A stretch of DNA of 64,000 nucleotides from positions 133,424,001 through 133,488,000 of the forward strand of contig NC_043000.1 of NCBI RefSeq assembly GCF_006345805.1, in the 5' to 3' direction. Within the stretch, counting starts at the first letter, position 1, and each line of letters starts with the position of its first letter. The notes beneath the pieces were generated by a model. It worked only from the letters and a program-made list of their open reading frames with translations, ran no database searches and was not told the DNA's origin. Position numbers and translations under genes: made by a program. Below, in pieces: positions 24,967 to 36,801 of this stretch. Source of the stretch: Octopus sinensis. Lineage: Eukaryota.

Positions 24967-27879
24967 TTACTCTTTATCTTTTATTAAACTTTTAATACTT
25001 TTGATATTTATATAATAAAAAAAAAGAAAAGAAAAAAGAAAAAAATTAATTAATAAATAAATAAATCATAAATAAAATAATATATAATTATAAAAATATA
25101 CATACATATATATATATATATATATTTGTATATATATATATTTAAAATTTATAAGTTTAAATTATATAAATAATTTTTAAAATTTTAACTTTTATATTTT
25201 TAAATTAATTTTATGTATTGGCTTATGTTTTTCACTGTTTGATTTGCCTAATAGTGGTTTTATCTCTAATTTAATATAATGTATGTATGTATGTATGTAT
25301 GCATGCATGTATGTATGTGTGTGTCGCCATGACGTGATAGATATACAATGAGTTTTGTCGAGGGAATCTCATAGCTAATCATGTGTGATGTGATTTTAAG
25401 CTTACCATGAACATACATGCATCTTACCTGTTATCCTGCAGTTCTTGCCATTTGTGTGAATGCTGATGTATTTTTGTTTGGTACAAAAGCATATAATTAT
25501 TGACAAAAAACAGAAAGTGACGGAGAGAAATGATGATTATGCCGTCTTTTAAGGGCATAAGAGACAGGAGTTAAATGGAATGGCTACTAACAAGAACTGT
25601 AACTGAGTCACATCTACAACTCATCTCATAGGCTGTGAACTTATCTCCTTTTCGGGGGCATTCTATATATTACCTGTGTGTTGTCTTAAACTAAACATGG
25701 GGTCAAATTAAAGAAACAAAAATTCATTCAGATGGATTTATCTTGAATGAATTGATTCTTGTATATTACTGAAACTCATTTTAACAAGCCCAAAATGGAC
25801 AAGTCCATGAGGGGAGCCTCTATGTGGTATCTTGCCCTGTAAGAAATAGTAGCGGTATCTCCTTTCAGTTATACTCTGACATCTTTCAACACGAAAGGGC
25901 ACATTATATAATCATTATATAACCTTTCCAAATACATTATCTGAACAAAAGATGGAAAAGTCATGGTAAGAACATTTTTGATTGTAGATCTGCTCTGTCT
26001 TCCAAACAACAACAAGCATGAAGTTGGTGATGGCATGACTGGAACTTTAAACTTTTGGTCCTTGTAATGTTTGAACTGTATTCATCATTTCTGCCAGTTT
26101 TTTGCAGCATTCATTTCTTACATTGACTATAAGCCCAGAAATTTGCAAAGGAGCATTTTAGTAGAGTTAATCAATCCCAATACATTACTGTGATGAAGCT
26201 GCTATGTGGTCATTCAATCTGCTGGAAAGACAGCTAAATTTCCTTCCAAATCACATGCTTAAAAAAGGAAGGATATTAAATTATTTAGTCTTAGATATAC
26301 AGTATCTAAATAAATGATAGGATGGTCTTGATTGGAGTGCTTTTGATCATATTTTTGTTCAATCAGGTTGATCTGTAAAAGAGGATAAGTGAAGTCCTTC
26401 TTTCTTCAGTTTTGAAATCACTGAGTGAAAAATTTAACCAACCAATAAGTCAGAGATTAACAAGAGTTTTCTTTCAAGAAATGAAAATATCACAACTGTA
26501 CCAAAAGAATAAGAAATGCTTGTCAAACTATGTATCTAACAAGCCTATCGTTTCATATTTAAAGGCTTAACATTTCATTTCACAAATACTTCTAAAGTTT
26601 GATTAATGCTTTTATATTTTTAAAATAAAATTTATGAGTAATAAGTATTTATTTTTTGTTTTTTTCCTACTCTTTATTGAAATCATCATCATCATCATCA
26701 TCATTCATTAAACATTCCACTTTCTAATACTTGCATGAGTCAGACAGAATTCATTGAGGCATATCTTTTATGCTTTTTCTGTTAGCAATCCTCAGCAGTT
26801 TCCAAGAAAGGTAATATTTCCCCATGGCTGGACAAGTTTTTATGGAAAATTCAAAATTTTGAAACAGATGCTATCACTGTTACAAAATTGTGTAACAGAT
26901 ACTATCACTCAATGTCAAGAGAAAGAGCTAGAAGACAAACTGCATCTCATCTAGGCTAACTCAGTTCCTAATTAGTTGAGCTATAACTTATTCTGTAACT
27001 TTTATAACTGGGTCCTGTAATCTGATACCTCTGTAATTATTTCTCCCTTTGCTTTTTTGCCTTTGTAACCTTTTGAAATGCTGCTACACCAATTGTTGGC
27101 TATGATACCTTCCTATATAACCCGATGAACTACATGGGTAAGAAGGCCATATCCTAGTCACCTGAACCTGTGTTCCTTGCATGTGACGAGTCTAGTTGAG
27201 ACCCCACTTCATCTTACCTCTTGCACACAACACACATTTATGTGCCTCTGCTCAAGCATTTGTTATCAGTGAATGTTCTTGAGTTTGTGTTTTACCACAT
27301 CTGTTACTCAACATTATTTTCTATATTGACATTGTGGTAAGAGAGGCATTCTGTTATCCTTTCATTTGTTTCATGGACACTCTACTTTACATTTCTTCTC
27401 AGTTGTTTAATATGTAGACTGGTTGCTGAGTCCACAAGAGGAGCTTTCTATGGTAGCCGCACGATTCACTGTACCCACATTCTAAACGACTAATTTACAT
27501 GCGCACGCACGTGCATACACACACAAACACACATCGTAGTAGTATCAATTCATTCTTAAAATGTAGGAGTGGTTAGCTACTAATTTGTATCATAACATTG
27601 ATATTCAACAGCTGATGGAAAGTGATTTATGAGTTAGCTGATTAACAGATGACATGCCTACAGTTTAAAGAATTCTTTTGACATCAAATGATCATTAAGA
27701 CCTATAAACGCAGGTTGACAAGAAAAAGAGTGGAAGCAGAATATATTTGTATGCGTGTGAGTATGCATATATGTATACACATACACATGCAGATATATAT
27801 AATAAATGCCGAAAAGAATTTCTGTGTATCAGTGTGTCACACTTTCACCCCCTCTCACTATTCAGTGACGCTCCTATTG

Positions 27880-28190
27880 TTCGTTATGCTGGGGTGAGAG
27901 TAACAGTAGGCATAGTGACGGCGAGGGCGGTAGTAAATTGACGGTTGTGATGGTAATGGAGTGATAGTAATAGTATGAGCTGTAGTTGTGATAGAGGTGG
28001 AGGCGACGGTGATGATGGTGCTGGTGGTGGGAGCCGAGGCGGTCAGGGATAACGGTGATAGTAAGCGATGTGAAAGGCAGTGGTGATGGTGGTGGAGGAG
28101 AAGGCGGCGAAGTCAAAGTTATTGATGGTAGTGGCGTCAGAAGGCTGAATAGTGAATGTTTGGCAGTTGTGGTGGTGATGGTGATGGTTG
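27880..28190. repeat. GGT/GAT/AGT-rich low-complexity tract
   Basis: degenerate trinucleotide runs. Confidence 0.7.
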
Positions 28191-28355
28191 AGAGAAAGAA
28201 AGAGGTTAGACAAAAAAATTACTGACCCCCGAATGGGAAGACAAAAAATGTTGTTTATAATGCAGCTTTGCAATAAGTTCCAAGTCAACGAATTACATCA
28301 ATGTTTTGATGAAAATTGTTCATTGCTTGAAAAAAATTGGTCAAGTTTAATACAA

Positions 28356-28497
28356 TTTAATATGTAGTCAATGCATGAAGTGTCGTTGTTGGGCCCAAGG
28401 CCCAATGAAGTGCTCTCCACAGGAGCTTTAATATGTACTCAATGCATGAAGTGTCATTGTTGGGCCCAAGGCCCAATGAAGTGCTCTCCACAGGAGC
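28356..28497 (+). repeat. 71-bp tandem duplication
   Basis: 28356-28426 and 28427-28497, 2 mismatches; spans the boundary of the long inverted arm. Confidence 0.85.
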
Positions 28498-28559
28498 TAG
28501 CTTAAAAGCCTCCGGATAGGGCGACTTTTAAGCTAATAAATAAATATATATATGGAGTT

Positions 28560-29315
28560 ACGATGTGCATCCGTGGTGTTGCGATGTTCATCCGTGAAGA
28601 TGTCACAGCATTGACACCGCTGTCACATTCGAATGCAGTCTACGACACACTCATAGTACATCTAAAGCAACTTGCCGTGGTAATATGCACATTATACCGC
28701 CCACCCAATGCCTCAAACTACAATGGCAAATTTGGGGAAGGTCTTACAAAGATAAAAGAAGTACTCACAAACCTAGACCAATATCTTAATGTACTTCTGA
28801 TGGGTGACTTCAACTTTACCAACGTGTCATAACCTCAGGACTGATACATAAAGAATGCAATCAGGCAGAATCTCTAGTAGATCTCATGAAAATGATGTTC
28901 ATGGAGCAGACCATACTTTCCCCAACCAGAAACAACGACATCCTGGATCTCTGCTTCACAAACAATATGGACCTTATTACAACATAAACATATCACCGTC
29001 TGCCCACTCAGACCTCAGACCATAACATGATAGAACTGTCAATATGTAGTCTAAAGCTAATTAAAGAATCATACAACACTGCTGGATCCCAAGCACTAAC
29101 CAGCCTGAATTTCTACAAGGCTGACTGGAAGTCCACCAACAAAGACTGCACCAGCAAAACTGGCTTAAAAGTCTGTCCATGCAAGACACTGACATGGAAT
29201 TCAATGAATTCATGTCAATAATGCGAGGCATATGCATTAAGTTTGTCCCAGAGAAGAAAACCACCACACATAAGAACATTATTTCCCGATATAGAAGAAT
29301 CCTAATGGGACGGAG
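28560..29315 (+). pseudogene. APE endonuclease region of a CR1-group LINE, degraded
   Basis: RGVAMFI...LYRPP...LMGDFN; TRNNDILDLCFTN; stops and frameshifts. Confidence 0.85.
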
Positions 29316-30542
29316 CCTCTGGCTGAAACCTATTATATATATATATATATTATTCAGATGGCAACACTATGCAGGCAGGTGGCAGGTTTGATCCTGAGAT
29401 CCTTCAGGACCAGGAACAGAGACACAATGCTTCTACTTTGGAGAACCTTTGTCCTTAGTCATCTGGACTGCTGCTCCTAACTGTGGTCCCCACAGAGTTT
29501 AAAACTAATTGCGGAACTAGAGGTGATCCAACGCCCCTATATATATATATATATAATAGTGTACGTTTAAGCACAAAAGAGAAGTGAGGATCTCAAGAAG
29601 CTGGGGAGAGAGAGCCATTACAGGTAAAAACAGTAGTGGGGCTGCCGTGGAAAGAAAAGCGAGAGTGATGAAGTTGAAATTACGAGAAATGTAAGAAGAC
29701 GTGGTGTAATAGGCATGCATGTATGCTTGTGTGTGTGTGTGTGCACCTATGTATGTATGTATGTTTGTATGTATGTATGTTTTTTCTTCGAGTTTAATTT
29801 AATTTCTTATTGATAGAGTTTAAGACGGTTGCTAACAAAACAAGACTTTTTGAGATGAAAAAAAGTTCCCGATGTTTGTGAATACGTGGTTGAGTTGGTG
29901 TGTTTGTTGAACTGTCGATGCATAGACCCAAATGTGTGCATAATGATCTCACTTGGAGAATTTTTGGAGTGTCTTACAAATTTTCGCTGTACCACAAATA
30001 GATTGGATTTGGAGAATCCACGTCAGTTTCTCCTACTCTTATTCCGTGAAACTGAGAATTTCTAGGTTTTTGTGCAATGCAGGTATGTGTACATGTATGC
30101 GCGTGTGTATATATGTTTGTATACATGTATGTATGTGTGTGTGTGTGTGTGTGTGTCCGTCCACGTGTGAGTTTATATAACATCGCGCTTTCAGCCAGAC
30201 AATGAGATGTCTCTATATATTACTTGTGACAATGCACTTTCATTTACCCTTGATCGCACCCCTCTCATTCATTTGGTCCCAATACTATTTATGCTGTTAG
30301 ACCAGCGCAAATATATACATATACAGACAGGGGAGGTAACCGCCCCACGACCGTCTTGAAGATCAGCCATACTTAGTGACGATTGAAATTTTCCTTTATA
30401 GTATCACATCGTGCCTGGCTGTTTATATTAATTTTTAGTATACGCATTAACATTTTGCTAAATCATCCATAAATTTTGATGGTAAATAATAATTTGCTGG
30501 TAGACGAAATTACCTGACCATGAGACGTTCGAACAGTCACCA

Positions 30543-30577
30543 CTGAAGATGTCTACGGTATAGACGAAACTAAAGTC
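30543..30577 (+). other. Hammerhead-like core without helix I
   Basis: CTGAAGA-T-GTCTA(cggta)TAGAC-GAAA-C(taaa)G-TC; flanks do not pair. Confidence 0.35.
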
Positions 30578-30859
30578 ACTCAGTATATGTATATATTTAC
30601 GCTCTTCTTACAGTATTAAGAGTATTTTAACTCTTATTTCTAGCAATCTAGGTGCTTCAGCACCCATATATTAAGAACGAAACAAATTACATTCAGATAA
30701 TTTCTCATTCGTGCGACGCGAATTAGAACACCGCTCTCTAGTTTTGCAAGCGAAGACGGAAAAAATAATTCTTTGTGGTTACGCGACTGTTTAAAGCGTA
30801 AGCGAAATGATTTTGGCGCGCTTTTCCGTTGTGGGCGAAGGATGAAGACTTCTATTGCG

Positions 30860-30925
30860 CACGTGGCGAGTGAGTTCATGCTGGAAGACGATGTGCAACG
30901 AGTGACGTGATGAAAGTCGACGTGA
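30860..30925 (+). promoter_or_regulatory. Cluster of three ACGTG cores (CACGTGG, TGACGTGA, GACGTGA) in CpG-rich unique sequence
   Basis: motifs at 30860, 30903, 30919; regulatory role is inferred. Confidence 0.25.
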
Positions 30926-31499
30926 GGTTTTTTTTTTATGTAGTAGCCGGTGCCATGTGGAATATATGCGAAACGGTGCCGGGCAAAATTCGTGTGGAAC
31001 AGTTGATACAGTATTTGGTGTCGAGTGTGAAGCTGGTTTCGGCGGTTAATGTGAAACGTAGAAGGTTTTGAACTGGCTGCGAAAATAGAGAACTTGGCAA
31101 CGTAAAAAAGACGAAATGGTACCGTGAATTCAGATGTAACAAGAGTCCAGTCGGAAAAAAAGAGATAAAAAAAAAAGATAGAAGATAAATCATTAGACTG
31201 GTGAATAAAAGAAGAGCTCACCAAAAGAAGTCTACACATTTCAGAGGTAAATGAAAGAACTTTCTAAAAACTCTCTAAAGAACTTGTTTGTTTATTCCAT
31301 AAATGTTATTGGCCGCTTAATTAAAGTTCTCGTATTTTGGTTATACTTAACGATTCTGTTTGTTATTTTCAGCTCTTCTGACGTCTTTGATTACTGTTTC
31401 TTTCGCTATAAGCAATTTGGTTTGCTGAACTCGCCTACGCGGTTTTCTGAACTATCGGACACACAGACTGTTGCGTTGTAGGTGGTTTCGGGAGGCTGC

Positions 31500-32737
31500 G
31501 CGCAAAGCGTTCGACAGGGTTGACCATAATATCTTACTCTCAAAATTGACAAATGTTGGAATCCGTGGAAAACTTCTACACTGGATTAAGTATTTCCTGG
31601 CGAATAGAACACAACATGTTCTAGTCGATGGAGTCCACTCAAGCCCAGCAAAAGTCACCAGCGGTGTCCCCCAGGGGACTGTCTTGGGCCCGCTCCTCTT
31701 TATAATTTACATAAATGACCTTTCCAGTGTCGTACACCACTGCAAAGTGAAAATATTTGCTGATGACACTAAGCTCCAGCAAATCATCAATGAAGAAGCA
31801 GACAAAGATAAAAGAAGTACTCAACTCCAGTCTGATCTATATGCAGTGAGTCAATGGGCAGACAAAAACAAAATGAAACTGAACGAGGGAAAATTTGAGC
31901 TGATGCATTTTGGAAGAAAGTCCACACTAAAACAGCCATACTCTCTTCCTTCAGGGGAACCGCTCACGGCCTCTAACAATATCAGAGACCTGGGCATAAT
32001 TGTTGATGACAACCTCAGTTGGAGTGCACACATCAACAAGAAGGTCGATATAGCTCGTAGGATGAGCTCCTGGATCTTAAGAACCTTCCGGTCCATAGAA
32101 CAAGGTGTCATCATACCACTTTTCTCCTCCTTTGTACTGTCACACCTCAAATACTGCTGTCCACTGTGGTCTCCCCATGCAAGACAAAACATCTCGAGGA
32201 TTGAATCACCCCAGAGGGCACTCACTAAACGAATTGAAGGCATGACTGCCCTCGATTATTGGGACCGCCTTAAAGCCTTGAAACTCTACTCTCTCCAGCG
32301 TCGCCGTGAGCGGTACATCATTTGTACGAAGTGGAGAATATACCACCAACTTTGCCCAATCGACCTGAACATTAGATTCAAAGTTCATCCAAGGCTGGGA
32401 CCACGGGCCATACGTCCCCTGCCCAATTCAGGATCACACCATATAGGTACACTGTAACATAATTTCTTTTCCTCAACAGGCCCTGCCCTGTTTAACATTG
32501 TCCCGAAAGAGATCAAAGAGGAAAAGGATCCCGTCAACTTTAAACGGAGTCTGGACAGATTTCTTCAAGGAATACCGGATAAGCCACCCATACTTGGATA
32601 CAACTCACTCAACAAGAATTCACTACTTGAATGGACCATAAACAAAACTTGACTTAAACAGGATTTAGATAATCCTATCAGGTGGTGCTATTAAGTTAGA
32701 CACATCCTGGACCAATCTTTAGTCGAAACATACCTAA
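31500..32737 (+). mobile_element. 5'-truncated CR1-group LINE: reverse transcriptase and 3' end
   Basis: KAFDRVDH, SGVPQGTVLGPLLF, KIFADDTKL in ORF 31471..32457; frame resumes after the stop at 32457. Confidence 0.92.
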
Positions 32738-32832
32738 GTTTATATATATATATATTATATATATATTATATATATATATGTATATGTATAGTATATATAT
32801 ATATGTATATGTATATATATATGTATATGTAT

Positions 32833-32864
<32 letters not shown>

Positions 32865-32872
32865 GTATATGT

Positions 32873-32913
<41 letters not shown>

Positions 32914-32928
32914 GATATATATATATAT

Positions 32929-32962
<34 letters not shown>

Positions 32963-32974
32963 GTATATGTATAA

Positions 32975-33312
32975 GGATTCCAACATCACCATCAAAATAC
33001 AGGTCCAGATACTGCAACAGCTTGGGTTTCAGAGGACCACAGCTCTTTAACATCCTCCCTAAATGCCTGAGAGACTTACATGGTGTGGATGTGGGTTTCT
33101 TTAAAACTAAACTGGATCTCTTCTTGTTGGAGTCCCAGATGAACCTTCCTCACGACAGGAGACGCGGATGCGGGCAGCAGCATCGAACTCCCTTGTTGAT
33201 CAAGTGCCACGTATCAGAGGTGGATTCACATATTAGTGTAGCTCATTCAGCGGTGGTGCCCCAGCATGGCCGCGGCCTTCGGGCTAAAACATTTTTAAGG
33301 ATTTAAGGATTT
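32975..33312 (+). mobile_element. 3' end of a second CR1-group LINE with terminal stem-loop and (TTAAGGAT)n tail
   Basis: [24 protein letters not shown]...FKTKLDLFL; GGTGGTGCCCCAGCATGGCCGC tail. Confidence 0.8.
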
Positions 33313-33317
33313 ATATA

Positions 33318-33374
<57 letters not shown>

Positions 33375-33547
33375 TATATATGTATATATATATATGTATA
33401 TATATATATGTATATATATATATGTATATATATATATGTATATATATATATATGTATATATATTATATGTATATATATATATATGTATATATATATATAA
33501 TGTATATATATATATGTATATATATATGTGTATATATATATATATGT

Positions 33548-33580
<33 letters not shown>

Positions 33581-33641
33581 GTATGTATATATATATATGT
33601 ATGTATATATATATATGTAATATATATGTATATATATATAT

Positions 33642-33672
<31 letters not shown>

Positions 33673-34062
33673 TATATATTATATGTATATATATATATAT
33701 GTATATATATATGTATATATATATGTATATATATATATGTATATATATTATATATGTATATATATATATGTATATATATATATGTATTATATATATATAT
33801 GTATATATATATAATATATATATATATATTGTATATATATATATTATATATATATGTGTATATGTATATATATATGTATATATATATAGTATATGTATAT
33901 ATATATATGTATTATATATATGTATATATATATATATGTATATATGTATATGTATATATATATATGTATATATGTATATGTATATATATATATGTATATG
34001 TATATATATATGTATATGTAATATATATGTATATGTATATATATGATATGTATATATATATG

Positions 34063-34151
<89 letters not shown>

Positions 34152-34260
34152 GTATATATATGTATATGTATATGTATATGTATATATATATATATATGTA
34201 TATGTATATGTATATGTATATAATATATATATATATATATATGTATATGTATATATATAA

Positions 34261-34341
<81 letters not shown>

Positions 34342-34345
34342 ATAG
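33313..34345. repeat. About 1-kb (TA)n/(TATATG)n microsatellite mosaic
   Basis: direct reading; source of several artefactual ORFs. Confidence 0.95.
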
Positions 34346-34619
34346 GGTAGAGAGTTTAAAAAAAAAATTTCACTACCAGTGGCCTAGCGTCATGAGAATT
34401 ACGCCTGGCAAATTATTTTATTTGCTAAATAAAATTCGAAATCTAGGTATGACTAAAAAAGTAACAAGGTAAAAGTTTTTATTTTTCATTCCCTTCGAAA
34501 TTGCTCTTAAACGTGGTTTTGGTCGTTTTCGACTGCTTCTTCTAGCGAGTAAAACTACCTGTTAAAGGTGGCTTCTGTTGTGTTTAAATGTACGCTATTT
34601 TATATTGTGAATATGTTGT

Positions 34620-35635
34620 CTATTGACTTTTTATACATTGAGCCCTTTTCATCGAACAGTGGCCATAATCTCTATCTTTTGCGAACTTATAGAAGGCTTT
34701 AGGGTTTCTTTTTATACTTTCCACCGCCCTGACTTCTCTGCTTACCCTTTCTTTTCCATAGGAGAGTCTGATTTTATTCTCAGTCTCTAAGAGCTCCATT
34801 TTGGGGTATGGCTTTTTGCTGTCATTAGGCTCCTTATTTAAGCGATTCGAGATCTTTATCCTCCGTCCCATTAGGATTCTTCTATCTCGGGAAATAATGT
34901 TCTTATGTGTGGTGGTTTTTTTCTTCTCTGGGACAAACTTAATGCATATGGCTCGTATTATCGACATGAATTCATTGAATTCCATGTCAGTGTCTTGCAT
35001 GGACAGACTTTTAAGCCAGTTTTGCTGGAGTATCTCTTTGTTGATGGACTTCTAGTCAGCCTTGTAGAAGTTCAGGTTGGCTAGTGCCCGGGATCCAACA
35101 GTGTTGTATGATTCTTTAGTTAGCTTTAGACCATATATTGATAGTTCTATCATGTTATGGTCTGAGGTCTGAGTGGGCAGACGGTGATATGTTTATGTTG
35201 TAATAAGGTTCATATTGTTTGTGAAGCAGAGATCCAGGATGTCGTTGTTTCTGGTTGGGGAAAGTATGGTCTGCTCCATGAACATCATTTTCATGAGATC
35301 TACTAGAGATTCTGCCTGATTGCATTCTTTATGTATCAGTCCTGAGGTTATGACACCTTCGGGCCATCTAATGTTGGGTAAGTTGAAGTCGACCATTAGA
35401 AGTACATTAAGGCATTGGTCTAGGTTTGTAAGTACTTTTTATCTTTGTAAGATATTCCTCAAATTTGCCATCGTAGTTTGAGGCATTGGGTGGGCGGTAT
35501 AATGTGCATATTACCATGTCAAGTTGCTTTAGATGTACTATGAGTGTGTCGTAGACCGCATTCAAATGTGACAGCGGTGTCAATGCTGTGACATCTTCAC
35601 GGATGAACATCGCAACACCACGGATGCACATCGTA
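34620..35635 (-). pseudogene. Inverted second copy of the APE endonuclease and linker region of the CR1-group LINE
   Basis: ORFs 35407..35631, 35193..35396, 34620..35000 (IKRNPKAFYKFAK); reverse complement of 28435-29315. Confidence 0.85.
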
Positions 35636-36560
35636 ACTCCATATATATATTTATTAGTTTAAAAGTCGCCCTATCGGGAGTCTTTTAAGCTAGCTCCTGT
35701 GGAGAGCACTTCATTGGGCCTTGAGCCCAACAATGACACTTCATGCATTGAGTACGATGCGAAATCAAAACCTGTTCGTGATCTCGATCTGTTGGGCATC
35801 TTGGTTCTTTTTTTCTATTCTAGGACATTCATCAATGTTGCATAAAGTTAATGTTAACATTTCGATGCACTTTGTTTTCTCTCGTTCAGTTTGAATTGTG
35901 AGTAACAGAAGAATATGAAATCTCAGTAATGGACTGGGACAGCTTGTTGTTTAACCCCAGGTCAAATTTGATTAAGTAGGCCTATGACCAAACTCAGTGA
36001 CATCTTAACACACGGTAGGCTCGGCAATTGCCCGAGCCCCCACTGTAAATATATGTTGTGATCGCCTTTGCAGGGGACCCCTGTGCGTTGCTTTGCACGG
36101 TGTGCGTGTGGGGGTATAGGGGGATGGACTATAATATTGTTATTGGCTCTGTTCCAGCTATGACTATCCCAACATTTTGTATATCTAGGACTAAATTGTT
36201 CAATGTGTCCTTCCCTTTAAAGAAGATGTGATTTTAATGAAATTTGGCAGATAGTTCAAACACTTCGAACTTTTTTGTTCCCTAAAGACGCATTATTCGA
36301 TCGTATACTACATATCTTCATCGTCCAGCTACTTTAAGTCCTCGCTGACCCTTAAAAGTAACTAGACATGAATTTGCTTGCTGCATTTATAAACAGCGAA
36401 GAAAATTGTAGCATCTTTGCCTGAGGCTTGATTCGTAGAACTTTTTCAAAGAAGGTGAAAACAAAATGAGAAATATTAAATTTCTAAATCTCTCATAGAG
36501 ATATGTACGGTGGTGGGGCGATAGAATGGTTGTATACTGTCAATCTAATGTGAACGTGAT

Positions 36561-36801
36561 AGTAGGGGGTTACACCACCGCTGTTTAGCCCTAGGAAGCA
36601 TCGACGCCTCCTGATGGCTTCGACACAGTTTTCCTGTGTCCTTATATACATTTACGAAGGGGTGACAAACACCCCCATGGCTGCTGGGGGTGTTTGTCTC
36701 CCCTTCGTAAATGTATATAAGGACACAGGAAAAATGTGTCGAAGCCAGCAGGAAGCGTCGATGCTTCCTAGGGCTAAACAGCGGTGGTGTAACCCCCTAC
36801 T
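36561..36801. mobile_element. Fully palindromic MITE-like element (117-bp arms, 7-nt loop)
   Basis: arms 36561-36677 and 36685-36801, 4 mismatches. Confidence 0.7.

Noticed and set aside
26950-27330. Possible solo LTR with a TATA-like box
   Set aside because: No TG...CA ends, TSD or second copy could be identified.
29385-29430. Minus-strand CTGAAG-GATC(tcag)GATC-AAA hammerhead-like string
   Set aside because: Two core nucleotides are missing and there is no helix I or III.
30640-31239. 199-aa minus-strand ORF
   Set aside because: Non-ATG start, no recognisable motif; probably a by-product of locally higher GC.
28560-32737. Endonuclease plus RT as one intact autonomous LINE
   Set aside because: They are separated by 2.2 kb of unrelated sequence, each is truncated, and the endonuclease part has stops and frameshifts.
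33394-34260. 288-aa ORF and many other YI/CV/HT-rich ORFs
   Set aside because: Translations of (TA)n, (TG)n and (TATG)n microsatellites.
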